In this document: in pieces, positions 12,494 to 22,858 of the stretch
Layout of the letters: every line of letters begins with the position of its first letter
How positions within the stretch are numbered: the first letter of the stretch is position 1
Notes under the pieces: generated by a model
What the model saw: the letters and a program-made list of their open reading frames with translations, nothing else
Told to the model about the DNA's origin: nothing
Database searches by the model: none
Position numbers and translations under genes: made by a program
Assembly (NCBI GenBank): GCA_034521815.1
Contig: JAXHLW010000013.1
Location: forward strand, 608,001 to 672,000
Origin: Trueperaceae bacterium
GTDB taxonomy: Bacteria; Deinococcota; Deinococci; Deinococcales; Trueperaceae
Direction of reading: 5' to 3'
DNA length: 64,000 bases

Positions 12494-14356
12494 TCAGTAC
12501 ACCTGCTCGCGATGCCCGAACGTGAACACCTGCGTGTCCGACACCCCTTCCCGGCCGACGGTCGGGAAGTAGGGGGGCGCGACGCCGCGCGCCATGCGCG
12601 GGTCGAACGTGAACCGGCGGGCGTAGCCGGTCTGGACGTCGCCGGTGCTTCCCGAGAACGTGCCGAACGCGCCGTAGCGCTGTTGGATGATGCCGCCCAG
12701 CAGCTCGACCGCGCCGCGGGGCGAGCCGAAGGCGCTGTTCTCGACCTCGACCACGCCGTTCGCGGCGAGGATCGAGGCGTGGATCCGGACGTCGTCGGGA
12801 GCGCGACGATCGGCGGACGACGCGTGGTTCCCGATGATCACGTCGCCGTCCGGCGCGAAGATCCCCAGCATGTTGCGCACGTCCAGGTTCGAGCAGTCGG
12901 CCTGGACGATGTCGTTCCCTTCGCCGTGCAGACTTCCTTCGCACGGAGGCGACTCGTACGTGAGGTCGCCGGTGATGCGCGCGCCCTCCTGGGGAACGAT
13001 CGTGAGCTGGGCGAACGACGCCACGGCAGGCGGGGCGGTGTCCGGATCGCCGGCCACGGCGCGGCCTGGGCCCCCGAGGCGCTCGATGTACTCGTCGGCG
13101 TAGATCACGCCGTTGAACTCGCTCGTGACCAGCGACCAGGCGTCGTCCACGTGACGCTCCAGCCGTCCTTCGGGCGAGATCCGGTACGTCTCGGCCTCGC
13201 CGACCAGGGGCGTGGCGCGGACGTACTGGAACGTCGCCTCCTGGTCCGCCGCGACCGGATCGCCGTCATCATTGCCTGCGAACAGCTCCAGGCGGTCCAG
13301 ATCGTCCGTGAAGCGCAGGCCGTTTTCCGTGGCCAGCGCGCGTTGGTCGTGCGCGTTGTCGGGCAGGTCGATGTGGGCCGCGCGCCAATCGACGCCGCCG
13401 GCGAACACCGGTCTGGTCCAGTAACCAGCCGTGTCCAACACCGGGTGGTTGCCGCCGGTGGCGAGGCCGTCTGGACCGAAGAACCGCGGCGTGCCGCCGC
13501 CGTACCCGTACGCGCCCTGACCGCCCGCGCCGGACCCACCGGCGCTGCTCACCGCGCCACCGAACCACGGGGCGCCGAAGAAGCTGAAGGTCCCGTTCGT
13601 GTGGACGGGACCGTCGAACAGGGTGTCGCTCGTGAACCAGATCCGCTCCGAGGTCGCGTCGCTGACGTGCTCGTCGGTGAACAGGGCGTACCGCGCGAAG
13701 CTGCGGCGACCCACCACGAACTGGTACTCGCCCTGCGTCACGACGCGCCGGCGATACGCTCCTTGCACGCCTTCCGCGACCAGGACGAACGGCAGCGCGT
13801 AGCGCTGGTTGCCGCCCAGCTCACGCCGCGCGCCGGTCATGAAGTACGGGGAGCCAAGGCGGGCGTCGCCGGGGACCGCCTGGCCGCAGGCGTCGCCGGC
13901 GATGTGGATCCGAACGATCGCCTCGACGCCCTGACCCAGGTCCAGCGGCGCGCCGCACAGCACGGCGTCGATCTCGGCTTGCAGGGCGGACGCCACGGCC
14001 CGCAGGTCGGTCGCGACGGTCTGCGGCGTAGGCCGATTGGCGTCGATGGCGGACGTTCCGAACGACCAGGCCGAAGTGGTGCTGGAGTGGGCGCTGGCGA
14101 TCCGGTCCAGCGCGATCCGAACGTCGTTCTGCAGCAGGGTGACGCCCAGGTTCGCGCCGCCGTGCGCGACGAGGAGCGTCTGGACGATGGCCGTGTCGTC
14201 GCGGCCGTGTCGCAGGTCGTCCATGGTCCGCATGAACATCAGCGCCATGACGGCCGTCGCGATGACCATGAGCGCCAGCGCGGTGACGAGCGCGACACCG
14301 CCGGTGCGGCGGCTGGGCGCAGGCACGCGGAGGCGGCCACGCTTCGGCGTCATCAC
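12494..14356 (-). CDS. Large PilX-like tip subunit, resembling Deinococcota DUF4900-type proteins (cassette 3)
   Basis: TGG|VALVTALAL (no Glu5); SFARYALFTDEH, IWFTSDTLFDGPVHTNG, LLGGIIQQRYGAFG and FTFDPRM..PPYFP. The domain name is from recall only. Confidence 0.8.
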   Translation of the reverse strand: MMTPKRGRLRVPAPSRRTGGVALVTALALMVIATAVMALMFMRTMDDLRHGRDDTAIVQTLLVAHGGANLGVTLLQNDVRIALDRIASAHSSTTSAWSFGTSAIDANRPTPQTVATDLRAVASALQAEIDAVLCGAPLDLGQGVEAIVRIHIAGDACGQAVPGDARLGSPYFMTGARRELGGNQRYALPFVLVAEGVQGAYRRRVVTQGEYQFVVGRRSFARYALFTDEHVSDATSERIWFTSDTLFDGPVHTNGTFSFFGAPWFGGAVSSAGGSGAGGQGAYGYGGGTPRFFGPDGLATGGNHPVLDTAGYWTRPVFAGGVDWRAAHIDLPDNAHDQRALATENGLRFTDDLDRLELFAGNDDGDPVAADQEATFQYVRATPLVGEAETYRISPEGRLERHVDDAWSLVTSEFNGVIYADEYIERLGGPGRAVAGDPDTAPPAVASFAQLTIVPQEGARITGDLTYESPPCEGSLHGEGNDIVQADCSNLDVRNMLGIFAPDGDVIIGNHASSADRRAPDDVRIHASILAANGVVEVENSAFGSPRGAVELLGGIIQQRYGAFGTFSGSTGDVQTGYARRFTFDPRMARGVAPPYFPTVGREGVSDTQVFTFGHREQVY

Positions 14357-15468
14357 AGGGCTCCCACCGGCCCGCGTCCGGGCTGGTCGTCGTCGTCCTC
14401 GTCGTCATCGTCGTCTCCGGCGCCGCCTCCGCCGTTTCCGGGCTCCTTGGGCTCCTTGGGCTCCTCAGGCTCGTCGGGCTCGTCACCAGGATCGTCGGGA
14501 TCGGCCGGCGGATCGGTCGGGTCGTCCGGCGGACCGCCGCGACCGCCCCTGCTCGGGTCGTCGTCGCACATCTGCGGGCTGGACAAGCGGAAGTCGTTGC
14601 CTTGGCCCCGCATCTCGACGTGGCTGACGTACGTGCGCTGGCCTCGGCCCTCGGACGCCTCCGTGCCCAGCGTCAGCTGAAGACGGACGAGCTCGTACGT
14701 CGAGCCGCCCTCGTCGTACGTCGTCAGCAGCCGGTCGCGGGCGTCGCGCCGAGGCGTGTCCAGGACGACCGTGTCGCCACCGGACGCGTACTCGTACCGG
14801 AACACCACCTCCGTCATGTCGAACGCGATCGGCGTCTCGACGATGTCCCTCTCGCCTGCGTCGAACTCGACCTGGTACAGCGTTCGATCATCGGAATCGT
14901 AGCGGATGCCCACCGCGCGGAGCCGGTACAGGCGGGTGTGATCGACGTAGGGAATCGAGATCTTGCAGCCGTTGTGGTTCAGTCGGTCGCCTGCCGGCGC
15001 GCCCGTGATCACCGGGATCACGAGCGCTTGATCGTCACCGTTCACCATCACGGCGGGATGCCCGACGAACGAGTCGAGCTGGTCCGGATCGGACGTGGAC
15101 ACGAAGGTGTTGTTCGCCGCCCCCCAGCTCACGCCAGGGCGGTTCTCGACGGTGAGCCCGCGATCTCCCAAGAGAAGCCCGAACGAGATCGAGTCGCCGT
15201 CGGACCTCACGGGGAAGTCCGCGATCGCCCCCATCACCGCGCCGCGCAGCTCCTGCGTCTGGACCTCGACGATGCGGCGCAGCTTCGCTTGCGAGCTGGT
15301 GGCCTCCTCGACCACGCGGTTCACGCGCAGGGCCGTGACGATGCCGCTGCTGGTGATGAGCAGCACCACCGCGAACACGGTCATGGCGATGAGCATCTCG
15401 ACCAGCGTCATGCCCGCGTTCGTCATGCGCCCTGCCGTCATGCCTGCCGTACGGCGCCTGGGGGTCAT
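14353..15468 (-). CDS. PilW-like prepilin with a Pro/Asp/Glu-rich C-terminal tail (cassette 3)
   Basis: NAG|MTLVEMLIAM; QAKLRRIVEVQTQELRGA. Confidence 0.85.
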   Translation of the reverse strand: MTPRRRTAGMTAGRMTNAGMTLVEMLIAMTVFAVVLLITSSGIVTALRVNRVVEEATSSQAKLRRIVEVQTQELRGAVMGAIADFPVRSDGDSISFGLLLGDRGLTVENRPGVSWGAANNTFVSTSDPDQLDSFVGHPAVMVNGDDQALVIPVITGAPAGDRLNHNGCKISIPYVDHTRLYRLRAVGIRYDSDDRTLYQVEFDAGERDIVETPIAFDMTEVVFRYEYASGGDTVVLDTPRRDARDRLLTTYDEGGSTYELVRLQLTLGTEASEGRGQRTYVSHVEMRGQGNDFRLSSPQMCDDDPSRGGRGGPPDDPTDPPADPDDPGDEPDEPEEPKEPKEPGNGGGGAGDDDDDEDDDDQPGRGPVGAL

Positions 15469-15938
15469 GTCGCGCCTCCTTCTCGGCCGAGGGTCGTGCC
15501 CTGCACGCAGCGCTCACCGTCGCCCGAGCGGTGGCACACCTCGATCCGGTAGCGCGCCACGGAGCTGGCGCCCACCGTCACCGAGCCGTCGCGCACGATC
15601 TCGAGGCGGAACGCGCCGGACCAGCTCGTGTCCCCGAGACCCACCAGGTCGCCCAGCTCGCCGTAGCCGACGGCGATCGGTTCGTCCGGCGCGGGCAGCA
15701 AGGCGACCTCCGCGCCGCTGGCGACGCGGCGCCCGACGGTGTCGAGCACCTGCGTGGCTTGGATCTTGAAGTTCCCGTCCCGGCCGGTGCGGAGACTGCT
15801 GGTCGCCACGGTGGTGAGCGCCGTGAGCACGATGGCGCAGATCGCGACCGCGACGACCGTCTCGATCAGCGTGAAGCCGTCGCGCGTCGTTCCCTGGCGC
15901 GTCGTCCCTTCGCGCCTCGTCCCCTCGCGCGTTCTCAT
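15465..15938 (-). CDS. PilV-like prepilin (cassette 3)
   Basis: RDG|FTLIETVVAVAI; C-terminal Cys pair. Confidence 0.85.
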   Translation of the reverse strand: MRTREGTRREGTTRQGTTRDGFTLIETVVAVAICAIVLTALTTVATSSLRTGRDGNFKIQATQVLDTVGRRVASGAEVALLPAPDEPIAVGYGELGDLVGLGDTSWSGAFRLEIVRDGSVTVGASSVARYRIEVCHRSGDGERCVQGTTLGREGGAT

Positions 15939-16381
15939 CGGGACACCTCGGCACGCACCTCGCCGATGAGCGACACGTCCAGGCGGTACGTGTGGTTCAG
16001 CGTCGTCAACGTCAGGTCGTCCGGCAGTGCCGACAGCGTCGCCGGATCCACCTTGCCGGGAGGAAGGAAGCGAAGCGCGACCCCTTCGGGCAGGTTCGTC
16101 GTCACCGCGTCGTCCAGCTCCCAGGTTCGGATCGTCCGGCCCGAGGCGGCGTCCCTGAGCGTCAGCTCGGTGCCGGTACGCACCAGCTCGATCGTGGTGC
16201 CGCGCGACGCAGCGGCCGTCGCGCCCTGCCAGATGCTCTGCTGCACGGTCGTCAGCGACGCTTCGGCGGTGCGGTCCTGCGCGATGCGGCGCCCGTTCAG
16301 GACGCCGATCGTCCCCAGGATCGCGATGATCGCGATCACGATCAGGAGCTCCAACAGGCTGATCCCTTGGTGGTCTCGCAT
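15935..16381 (-). CDS. FimT-like prepilin (cassette 3)
   Basis: HQG|ISLLELLIVIAIIAIL; GATAAASRG; LRFLPPG. RBS GGAGG. Confidence 0.85.
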   Translation of the reverse strand: MRDHQGISLLELLIVIAIIAILGTIGVLNGRRIAQDRTAEASLTTVQQSIWQGATAAASRGTTIELVRTGTELTLRDAASGRTIRTWELDDAVTTNLPEGVALRFLPPGKVDPATLSALPDDLTLTTLNHTYRLDVSLIGEVRAEVSR

Positions 16382-16584
16382 GCGGGCACGACCTCCCTCG
16401 GCGTCACGTGTGGGGCCGGAGTGCAGAGCACGTGTCGTCGGGCCCCGGACCGCCGTAGGGCTTACGACTAAAGACTAGTCGAACTGCCGTCATGCGCTTG
16501 TCGCATCGTGCCGATGGGTGCGTAGGCGGGATTCTCGACCAACGACACGGCGGCGGTGAAGTTCACCGCGATTACGACGCCGGC

Positions 16585-16637
16585 TCCAGATCGAGTTCCC
16601 GCAGCTGATGGCGTAACTGCGGCGGTTTCTTGACGAG
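16585..16637 (+). repeat. Direct repeat copy 2: degenerate duplicate of the metX 3' end
   Basis: Translates as IEFPQLMA*LRRFLDE versus metX IEFPQMAAQLRRFLNE; 44/53 nt identical. Confidence 0.85.
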
Positions 16638-16767
16638 AAGGTCGTCGGCTCGAAGACCCGACGCTTCTCGTGTCATCACGGACCTCGACGTCGCGTAGAG
16701 GCCGCGTCGCCCAGGCCGCCCTGTTGCTGCTGACAGGGCGGCGCGACTCGCAACGCTGCTTTCGGCG

Positions 16768-17946
16768 TTACAGCGCGCTGCACAGCCGGTCCGCGATCCA
16801 TCGGACATCGCCTTCGCCCAATCCCGGATGGATCGGCAGCGACACCACCCGGTCGCACATCTCCGCGACCACCGGCGGCGTGGCGACCTCGCCCATCACC
16901 GGCTGCGCGCTGAGCGCCAGCGGGTAGAAGCGCTGGTGGGCGATGCCGGCGCCGAGCGCCTGGCGGACCGCCTCGAGGCGGCCGGCCGGGACCTGCACCG
17001 TGAACTGGTGGAACACGTGATCGGGATGGTCGGGCGGCAGCACGACGCCCGGCGCGTCTGCGAGCGCGTCGCGGTACCAGCCCGCCACCCGCCGGCGCGC
17101 GGCGTTCGCCTCAGGGAGCCGCCGCAGCTTGATGCGCAGCACCGCCGCCTGCAGCGCGTCCAGGCGCGAGTTGTGGCCCAGCAGGTCGTGCACGTACTTG
17201 TCATCGGGACGCGAGCCGTGGTTGCGCAGCCGCCGCGCGTGGGCGGCCAGCTCGTCGTCGTCGGTCGTCAGCATGCCGGCGTCGCCGTACGCGCCCAGCG
17301 TCTTGGTGGGGTAGAAGCTGAACGCCGCGGCGGTGCCCAGGGCTCCGACCTTGCGCCCCGCCAGCTCGGAGCGGACGGCCTCGTCGCACGCGCCGTCACG
17401 CGCCCCGTCACAGCCCGCGCAGGCGCCCGAGTACACCGCACCGAACGCCTGGGCGGCGTCCTCCAGTACCGGCACGCCGGCCCCTCGGCCGATCTCGACG
17501 ATGCGCGCCATCTTGGCCGGCAGCCCGAACAGGTGCACCGGCAGGATCGCCTTGGTGCGCTCGCTCAACAGCGGCGGGATCGTCTCCGGATCCAGGTTCA
17601 GCGTGACCGGGTCGATGTCGCCGAACAGCGGCGTCGCGCCCAGCCGCATCGCCGCCTCGGCCGTCGCGAAGAAGCTGAACGGGGTGGTGATCACCTCGTC
17701 GCCCGGACCGACGCCCAGCGCCTCCAGCGCGATCACCAGCGCGTCGGTCCCGCTGTTCAGGCCGACGGCGTGGCGGACGCCCAGGAACGCGGCGACCTCG
17801 GCCTCGAACGCCTGGACCTCGGGCCCGCCGATGAACTGGCCGGAGCGCAGCACGCGCTCGACGGCCGGCCGCACCTCGTCCCAGAGGCCGTCGACTTCGG
17901 AAGCGAGATCCAGCATCGGGATGGGCGGACGGATCGCGTCGGGCAT
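16768..17946 (-). CDS. DegT/DnrJ/EryC1/StrS sugar aminotransferase
   Basis: NSGTDAL, GDEVITTPFSFFAT, PVHLFG, EDAAQA, FSFYPTKTLGAYGDAG and NSRLDALQA. Confidence 0.93.
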   Translation of the reverse strand: MPDAIRPPIPMLDLASEVDGLWDEVRPAVERVLRSGQFIGGPEVQAFEAEVAAFLGVRHAVGLNSGTDALVIALEALGVGPGDEVITTPFSFFATAEAAMRLGATPLFGDIDPVTLNLDPETIPPLLSERTKAILPVHLFGLPAKMARIVEIGRGAGVPVLEDAAQAFGAVYSGACAGCDGARDGACDEAVRSELAGRKVGALGTAAAFSFYPTKTLGAYGDAGMLTTDDDELAAHARRLRNHGSRPDDKYVHDLLGHNSRLDALQAAVLRIKLRRLPEANAARRRVAGWYRDALADAPGVVLPPDHPDHVFHQFTVQVPAGRLEAVRQALGAGIAHQRFYPLALSAQPVMGEVATPPVVAEMCDRVVSLPIHPGLGEGDVRWIADRLCSAL

Positions 17947-18128
17947 GGGACGGAGTGTACCGCGGGACGTGAAGCGCGCTGAGCGACGTCGTGGCTCCGC
18001 CGACCTGCCTCCAGGACGAGCCGGTAGCCCCGTCGTCCAGGCGCTTGCCGAGATCGACGGCAGCACGGACCCAGAAGACGCCATCGATAACCGGTCTGTT
18101 TTACGATAGCGGTATCGAAAGGAGCATC

Positions 18129-18335
18129 ATGGAAACCGTGAAACTCTCACCGAAGTACCAGGTCGTCGTTCCGAAGCCGATTCGTGACGCGCTCGCGCTG
18201 AAGCCGGGGCAATACCTCGAGATGATCATCGTGGACGGCCGCATCGAGATGGTGCCCGTCCCGCCGATCGCGGAAGCGCGCGGCTTCCTTCGCGGCATCG
18301 ACACCGCCGTTCCACGCGACGACGACCGCATATGA
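18129..18335 (+). CDS. AbrB/MazE-family antitoxin (VapB-like)
   Basis: VKLSPKYQVVVPKPIRDALALKPGQ. RBS AGGAG; ATGA overlap with the toxin. Confidence 0.88.
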   Translation: METVKLSPKYQVVVPKPIRDALALKPGQYLEMIIVDGRIEMVPVPPIAEARGFLRGIDTAVPRDDDRI

Positions 18336-18720
18336 ACGTCGTCGACTCCAGCGCTTGGCTCGCCTACTTCGCAGGCACACGCAACGCTGCCGTTTTCGCT
18401 GACGCCATCGAGCGGCCCATGGAGCTCGTCGTGCCCACCCTCAGCCTGTTCGAAGTCTTCAAGCGCGTCGTCGTTCAACGAGGTGAGACCGATGCGATGC
18501 GAGCCGTCTCGATCATGCGAAGAGGTTCCCGCCCAGTGCCTCTCGATGCAGGCTTGGCGATCGCGGCGGCACGCCTTTCGGTGGAAGCTCGGCCTACCGC
18601 TGGCCGACGCCGTCATCCTGGCGACCGCCCAGGCACACGACGCCATCCTCTGGACGCAGGATGCCGACTTCCGTGACATGCCTGGCGTCGAGTACCGACG
18701 CGCCGATAACCAAGGCTTGT
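18332..18720 (+). CDS. vapC: VapC/PIN toxin, frameshifted near 18510-18590; 3' end uncertain
   Basis: MNVVDSSAWLAYF, PTLSLFEV, then LPLADAVILATA...LWTQDADF in another frame. Confidence 0.8.
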
Positions 18721-18754
18721 CGCTGGACCAGCCGGCGAGCCAGTCGGTCACGCC

Positions 18755-19168
18755 CTACCCCGGCGGCGCCTCCCGCACCGGCGTGAACACGTTCAGCGTC
18801 TCGGTCGGCCCGGCGGCGTCCTCAGGAACATGTGCGCCGTGCGGCACGCCGCCGGGGATCGTCACCGCCTCGCCCGCCTCGAGCCGCATCTCGCCCTCGT
18901 CGAACGCGAACACCAGCACGCCGGACTGCACGATCGTCATCTGCTCCGCCGCGTGGGCGTGGCGGGGGAAGACGGTGCCCGGCTCGTAGCGGTAGGCGAT
19001 CAGCTCGATCCGCTGGCCCAGCAGGCGGCGGCGGGTGACGCCCTGGCGAGGAGTCGCCGAGGGCAGCTCGTCCAGCCGGACCTTGCGGGCGCGGTCCGGC
19101 TCGTGTTCGTCCGGCCCGCGGGCGTTCCGCGCATCGCCGCCCGCCGCTTCGTCACGATCCGTGCTCAC
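18755..19168 (-). CDS. Cupin-domain protein
   Basis: FPRHAHAAEQ...IPGGVPHGA...VFTPVRE. The GTG start overlaps the stop of the upstream gene. Confidence 0.85.
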   Translation of the reverse strand: MSTDRDEAAGGDARNARGPDEHEPDRARKVRLDELPSATPRQGVTRRRLLGQRIELIAYRYEPGTVFPRHAHAAEQMTIVQSGVLVFAFDEGEMRLEAGEAVTIPGGVPHGAHVPEDAAGPTETLNVFTPVREAPPG

Positions 19169-20550
19169 GCCGCCACCTCCCGCGTCACGCGCGCCAGCCC
19201 GGCCGCCATGCCGGCGACCAGGATCTCGATCTCGTCCTCGCGGATCACGAACGGCGGCGCCAGCAGCGCGTGATCGCCGCGACGGCCGTCGACGTTCCCG
19301 CCGCCCTGATACACGTACACGCCCTCGTCCAGGCAGGCCCGGGCGAACCGGCCGCGGACGTCCGCCTCGGCCGCGAACGGGGCGCGCGTCGCGCGGTCGG
19401 CGACGAACTCGACGCCGAGCAGCAGGCCGCGGCCGCGGATCACGCCGACGTGCGGATGATCGCCCAGCTCCTCCTCCAGCCGGCGCTTCAGCAGCGCGCC
19501 CATCGCGCCGGCCCGCTGAATCAGCCCCTCGCGCTCCAGCACGTCCACGACGTGGCTGCCGACCGCGCAGCTCAGCGGATTGCCGGCGAAGGTGTGGCCG
19601 TGCCGGAACGCGCCCGGCAGGCCCTTGAGCGCCTGGTAGTACTCGTCGCGCACCAGCACCGCGCCCAGCGGCGAGTAGCCGGCCGAGAGGCCCTTGGCGG
19701 TCGTCATCAGGTCGGGAACGACGCCGGTGTGCTGCATCGCCCACCAGCGGCCCGAGCGGCCGTTCCCGCTCATCACCTCGTCGGCGATCAGCAGCACGCC
19801 GTAGCGGTCGCAGATCTCGCGCACGCGCGGCCAGTAGCGCTGGGGCGGGTGACGGCCGGGCGCGGACGAGCCGACGATCGGCTCGGCGATGAACGCCGCG
19901 ACGTTCTCCGGCCCCTCGTGCAGCAGCGCCGTCTCCAGGTCCGAGGCGCACTCGACATCGCAGCTGCCGGGCTCCTTGCCGAACGGGCAGCGGTAGCACG
20001 AGGTCGGCGCGATCATCGGCTGCGCCAGCATCATCGGCGTGAACGGCTGGCGCCGATGCGCCTGACCCGAGACCGCCAGCGCGCCCAGGGTGGCGCCGTG
20101 GTAGCTGGTGCGGCGGGTGACGACCTTGGTCCTGCTGCCGTGGCCGCGGGCCAGCTGCACCTGGCGCGCCAGCTTGATCGCGGTCTCGGTCGCCTCGCTC
20201 CCGCCGGAGGTGAACAGCACCCGGTCCAGTCCCGCGGGCGCGCGGGCGACCAGCTTCTCGGCCAGCTCCTCCGCCTCGCGGGTGACGAACTTCGAGGGGT
20301 GCGCGAACGCCAGGCGCGACGCCTGCTCGCGCAGCACCTCCGCCACGTCGGCGCGGCCGTGCCCCAGGCAGGCGACCGCCGCGCCGGCGGCGGCGTCCAG
20401 GTAGCGGCGCCCGTCCTCGCCGATCAGCCAGGCGCCCTCGCCGCGGACGATCCGGAGCGGCGGCCGACCGGGCTCGCGCAGGAACAGCGGGGACGCCTGG
20501 GTCGAGCGCCGTCCGGCCGCGACGCCTTCGGATCCGGTCGGATAACCCAT
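19165..20550 (-). CDS. Class III PLP aminotransferase
   Basis: GRRYLDAAAG, SGGSEATETA, SYHGATLG, AFIAEPI, LLIADEVMSGNGRSG, AKGLSAGY and HGHTFAGNP. Confidence 0.92.
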   Translation of the reverse strand: MGYPTGSEGVAAGRRSTQASPLFLREPGRPPLRIVRGEGAWLIGEDGRRYLDAAAGAAVACLGHGRADVAEVLREQASRLAFAHPSKFVTREAEELAEKLVARAPAGLDRVLFTSGGSEATETAIKLARQVQLARGHGSRTKVVTRRTSYHGATLGALAVSGQAHRRQPFTPMMLAQPMIAPTSCYRCPFGKEPGSCDVECASDLETALLHEGPENVAAFIAEPIVGSSAPGRHPPQRYWPRVREICDRYGVLLIADEVMSGNGRSGRWWAMQHTGVVPDLMTTAKGLSAGYSPLGAVLVRDEYYQALKGLPGAFRHGHTFAGNPLSCAVGSHVVDVLEREGLIQRAGAMGALLKRRLEEELGDHPHVGVIRGRGLLLGVEFVADRATRAPFAAEADVRGRFARACLDEGVYVYQGGGNVDGRRGDHALLAPPFVIREDEIEILVAGMAAGLARVTREVAA

Positions 20551-20560
20551 GCCGCCGAGC

Positions 20561-22695
20561 CTACGACACGACGGCCTGCGTGCGGCGCAGGCGCACGGTG
20601 TGCAGGGCGTAGATCGCCGCGACGATGATCACGCCGGCGACGTCGGTCAAGACCGTCGGCTGGATCAGCATGAACGCGACGCCCAGCAGCACGATCCGTT
20701 CGTACCAGCGGGCCGGGACCAGCACGTAGCCCTGCGTGGCCGCGGCGAACGCCAGCATGCCCAGCAGCGCGCTGAGGAAGATCCAGGTGCCCTGTGCCAG
20801 CGTGTCCACGCCGACCAGCAGCAGCTTGGTGTTGAAGATGAACATGAACGGCAGGATCGCGGTGCGCATGTCGTAGATGAAGCCTTGGATGCCGGTCTGG
20901 ATCGGGTTCGACCGAGCGATCGCGGCGGCGGCGTAGGCGGCCAGCCCGACGGGGGGCGTGTCGTCGGCCAGGATGCCGAAGAAGAACACGAACAGGTGCG
21001 CGGCCAGCAGGGGGAAGCCGTAGCCGAAGTCCTGCCCCAGGTTGTAGATCACCGGCGCGGTCAGGGTCGCCATCACGATGTAGTTCGCGGTGGTCGGCAG
21101 GCCCAGCCCCAGGATCAGGCTGGCGATGGCGGTGATGACGAGCACCAGCAGGAACTGCGTGCTGTCGCCGAACGCGGCAGCGTCGCCGCCGACCAGGTTC
21201 ACGATCGGGATCGTGACCAGGCCGACGGCCGAGGCGAGCGCCGCGCTGACCCGGTCGATGATCTCCGTCAGGCGCAGGCCCAGCCCGGTCAGGTTCACCA
21301 CGCCGACCACGATCCCGGCGGTGGCGACGGCGACGGCGATGCCGACCATGTTGCGGGCGCCGGCGTCGAGCCCTTCGACCAGCTCCTTCAGTCCACTGCA
21401 CGAAGGCGTGCCACGGGTTCTCGCCACGAATCAGCGCGCCGATCACGCGCTGGACGGGCATCAGCACCGCCAGGGTCACGATCGCCCACATCACCGCGTA
21501 GCCTGGACTGGTCCGAACGATCACCAGGAACCAGATCAGCGCCGCCAGCGGCAGCAGGAAGTGGATCCCCATGAAGAACGTGCGGATGCGGGGGGAGCTC
21601 GGCGCGGGGGATGCCCTGCAGTCCGAGCTTGAGCGCCTCGAGGTGAACGATGTAGAACAGTGCCAGATAGGCGATGACGGCCGGCACGAACGCGGCTTTG
21701 ACCACCTCGATGTAGGGCACGCCGGTGAACTCGGCGATGATGAACGCCGCGGCACCCATCACAGGAGGCATCAGCTGGCCGTTGGTGGACACCGCCACCT
21801 CGGTCGCGGCCGCCTTGTAGGCGGGATAGCCGGTGCGCTTCATCAACGGGATCGTGAAGGTGCCGGTGGTGACGACGTTCGCCAGGCTGGAGCCCGAGAC
21901 CATCCCGGTCATGCCGCTCGCGACCACCGCGGCCTTGGCCGGACCGCCACGGAACACGCCCAGGAACGAGTTGGCGACGTCGATGAAGTACTTTCCGGCG
22001 CCCGCCTTGTCCAGCATCGAGCCGAACAGCACGAACAGGAACACGAACTGGGTCGAGACGCCCAACGCCACGCCGAACACCCCTTCGGTGGTGACGAACA
22101 TCTGCGAGACGATCCGGTCCAGGCCGTAGCCGCGGTGGGCGATCAGGTCGGGCAGGGTGATCGGGATCAAGCCGCGCGGACCCAACAGGGCGTAGAGCAG
22201 GAACAGACTTCCGATCACGGTCAGCGCCGGGCCCAGCGCCCTCCGGGTGGCTTCGAGCAGCAGCACCAGGAAGATCGTGCCGATCACGACCTCGCGTTGG
22301 AGCGGAATGCCGAACCGGGTCTGCAGCCCCTGGTAGTCGACCACCAGGTAGAACACGCTGGCGGCGGCCACCACGGCCAGCACGATGTCGCGCCACGGCA
22401 CCGGCCTCCCGCGGCCCGCGGCCCTCGCGGGGAAGACCAGGAAGGTCAGCAGCATCGCGAACGTCAGGTGCACCGCGCGTGCCCGCGCAGCGTCGAACAC
22501 CACCACGCTGGCGATGGAGAGCTGGAACAGCGACCAGCCGATCGCGAGCGCGAACACCAGCCACTTGACCCAGCCGGCGTGCATGCGCCCGCCGGTCTCG
22601 ACGTCCCGGACGAAGCGCTTGGCCTCTTCGGCGGCTGCACGGTCCTCGTCGCTCATCTGGGAATCGAGCAGCTTGTCGTCGTCGAGCGATGCCAT
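20561..22695 (-). CDS. TRAP transporter fused 4TM/12TM permease (DctQM, TAXI-associated), frameshifted near 21390-21600
   Basis: GGPAKAAVVAS, SGSSLANVVTTG, STNGQLMPPVMGAAAF, LGLGLPTTANY and DDTPPVGLAAY, spread across frames. Confidence 0.88.
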
Positions 22696-22719
22696 GCGTC
22701 CTCCGGTGTGGCGGCGGGC

Positions 22720-22755
22720 CGAGATCGGTGACGAGATCGGTGACGAGATCGGTGA
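22720..22755. repeat. Perfect tandem repeat (CGAGATCGGTGA)x3
   Basis: Read directly from the sequence. It is followed by the hairpin GAGGACCCCGCCCG...CGGGTGGGGTCCTC. Confidence 0.9.
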
Positions 22756-22858
22756 GAGGACCCCGCCCGGCGTGGCGGGTGGGGTCCTCGTGTCGTGCCG
22801 TGCCTCGTGTGGCGTCGCTAGGGGTAGCGCGAGCGTCGCCGCAGCGCCGCCCGGCGGC

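Noticed and set aside
16385-16560. Possible c-di-GMP riboswitch upstream of pilin cassette 3
   Set aside because: The GEMM-I/II consensus elements are not recognisable.
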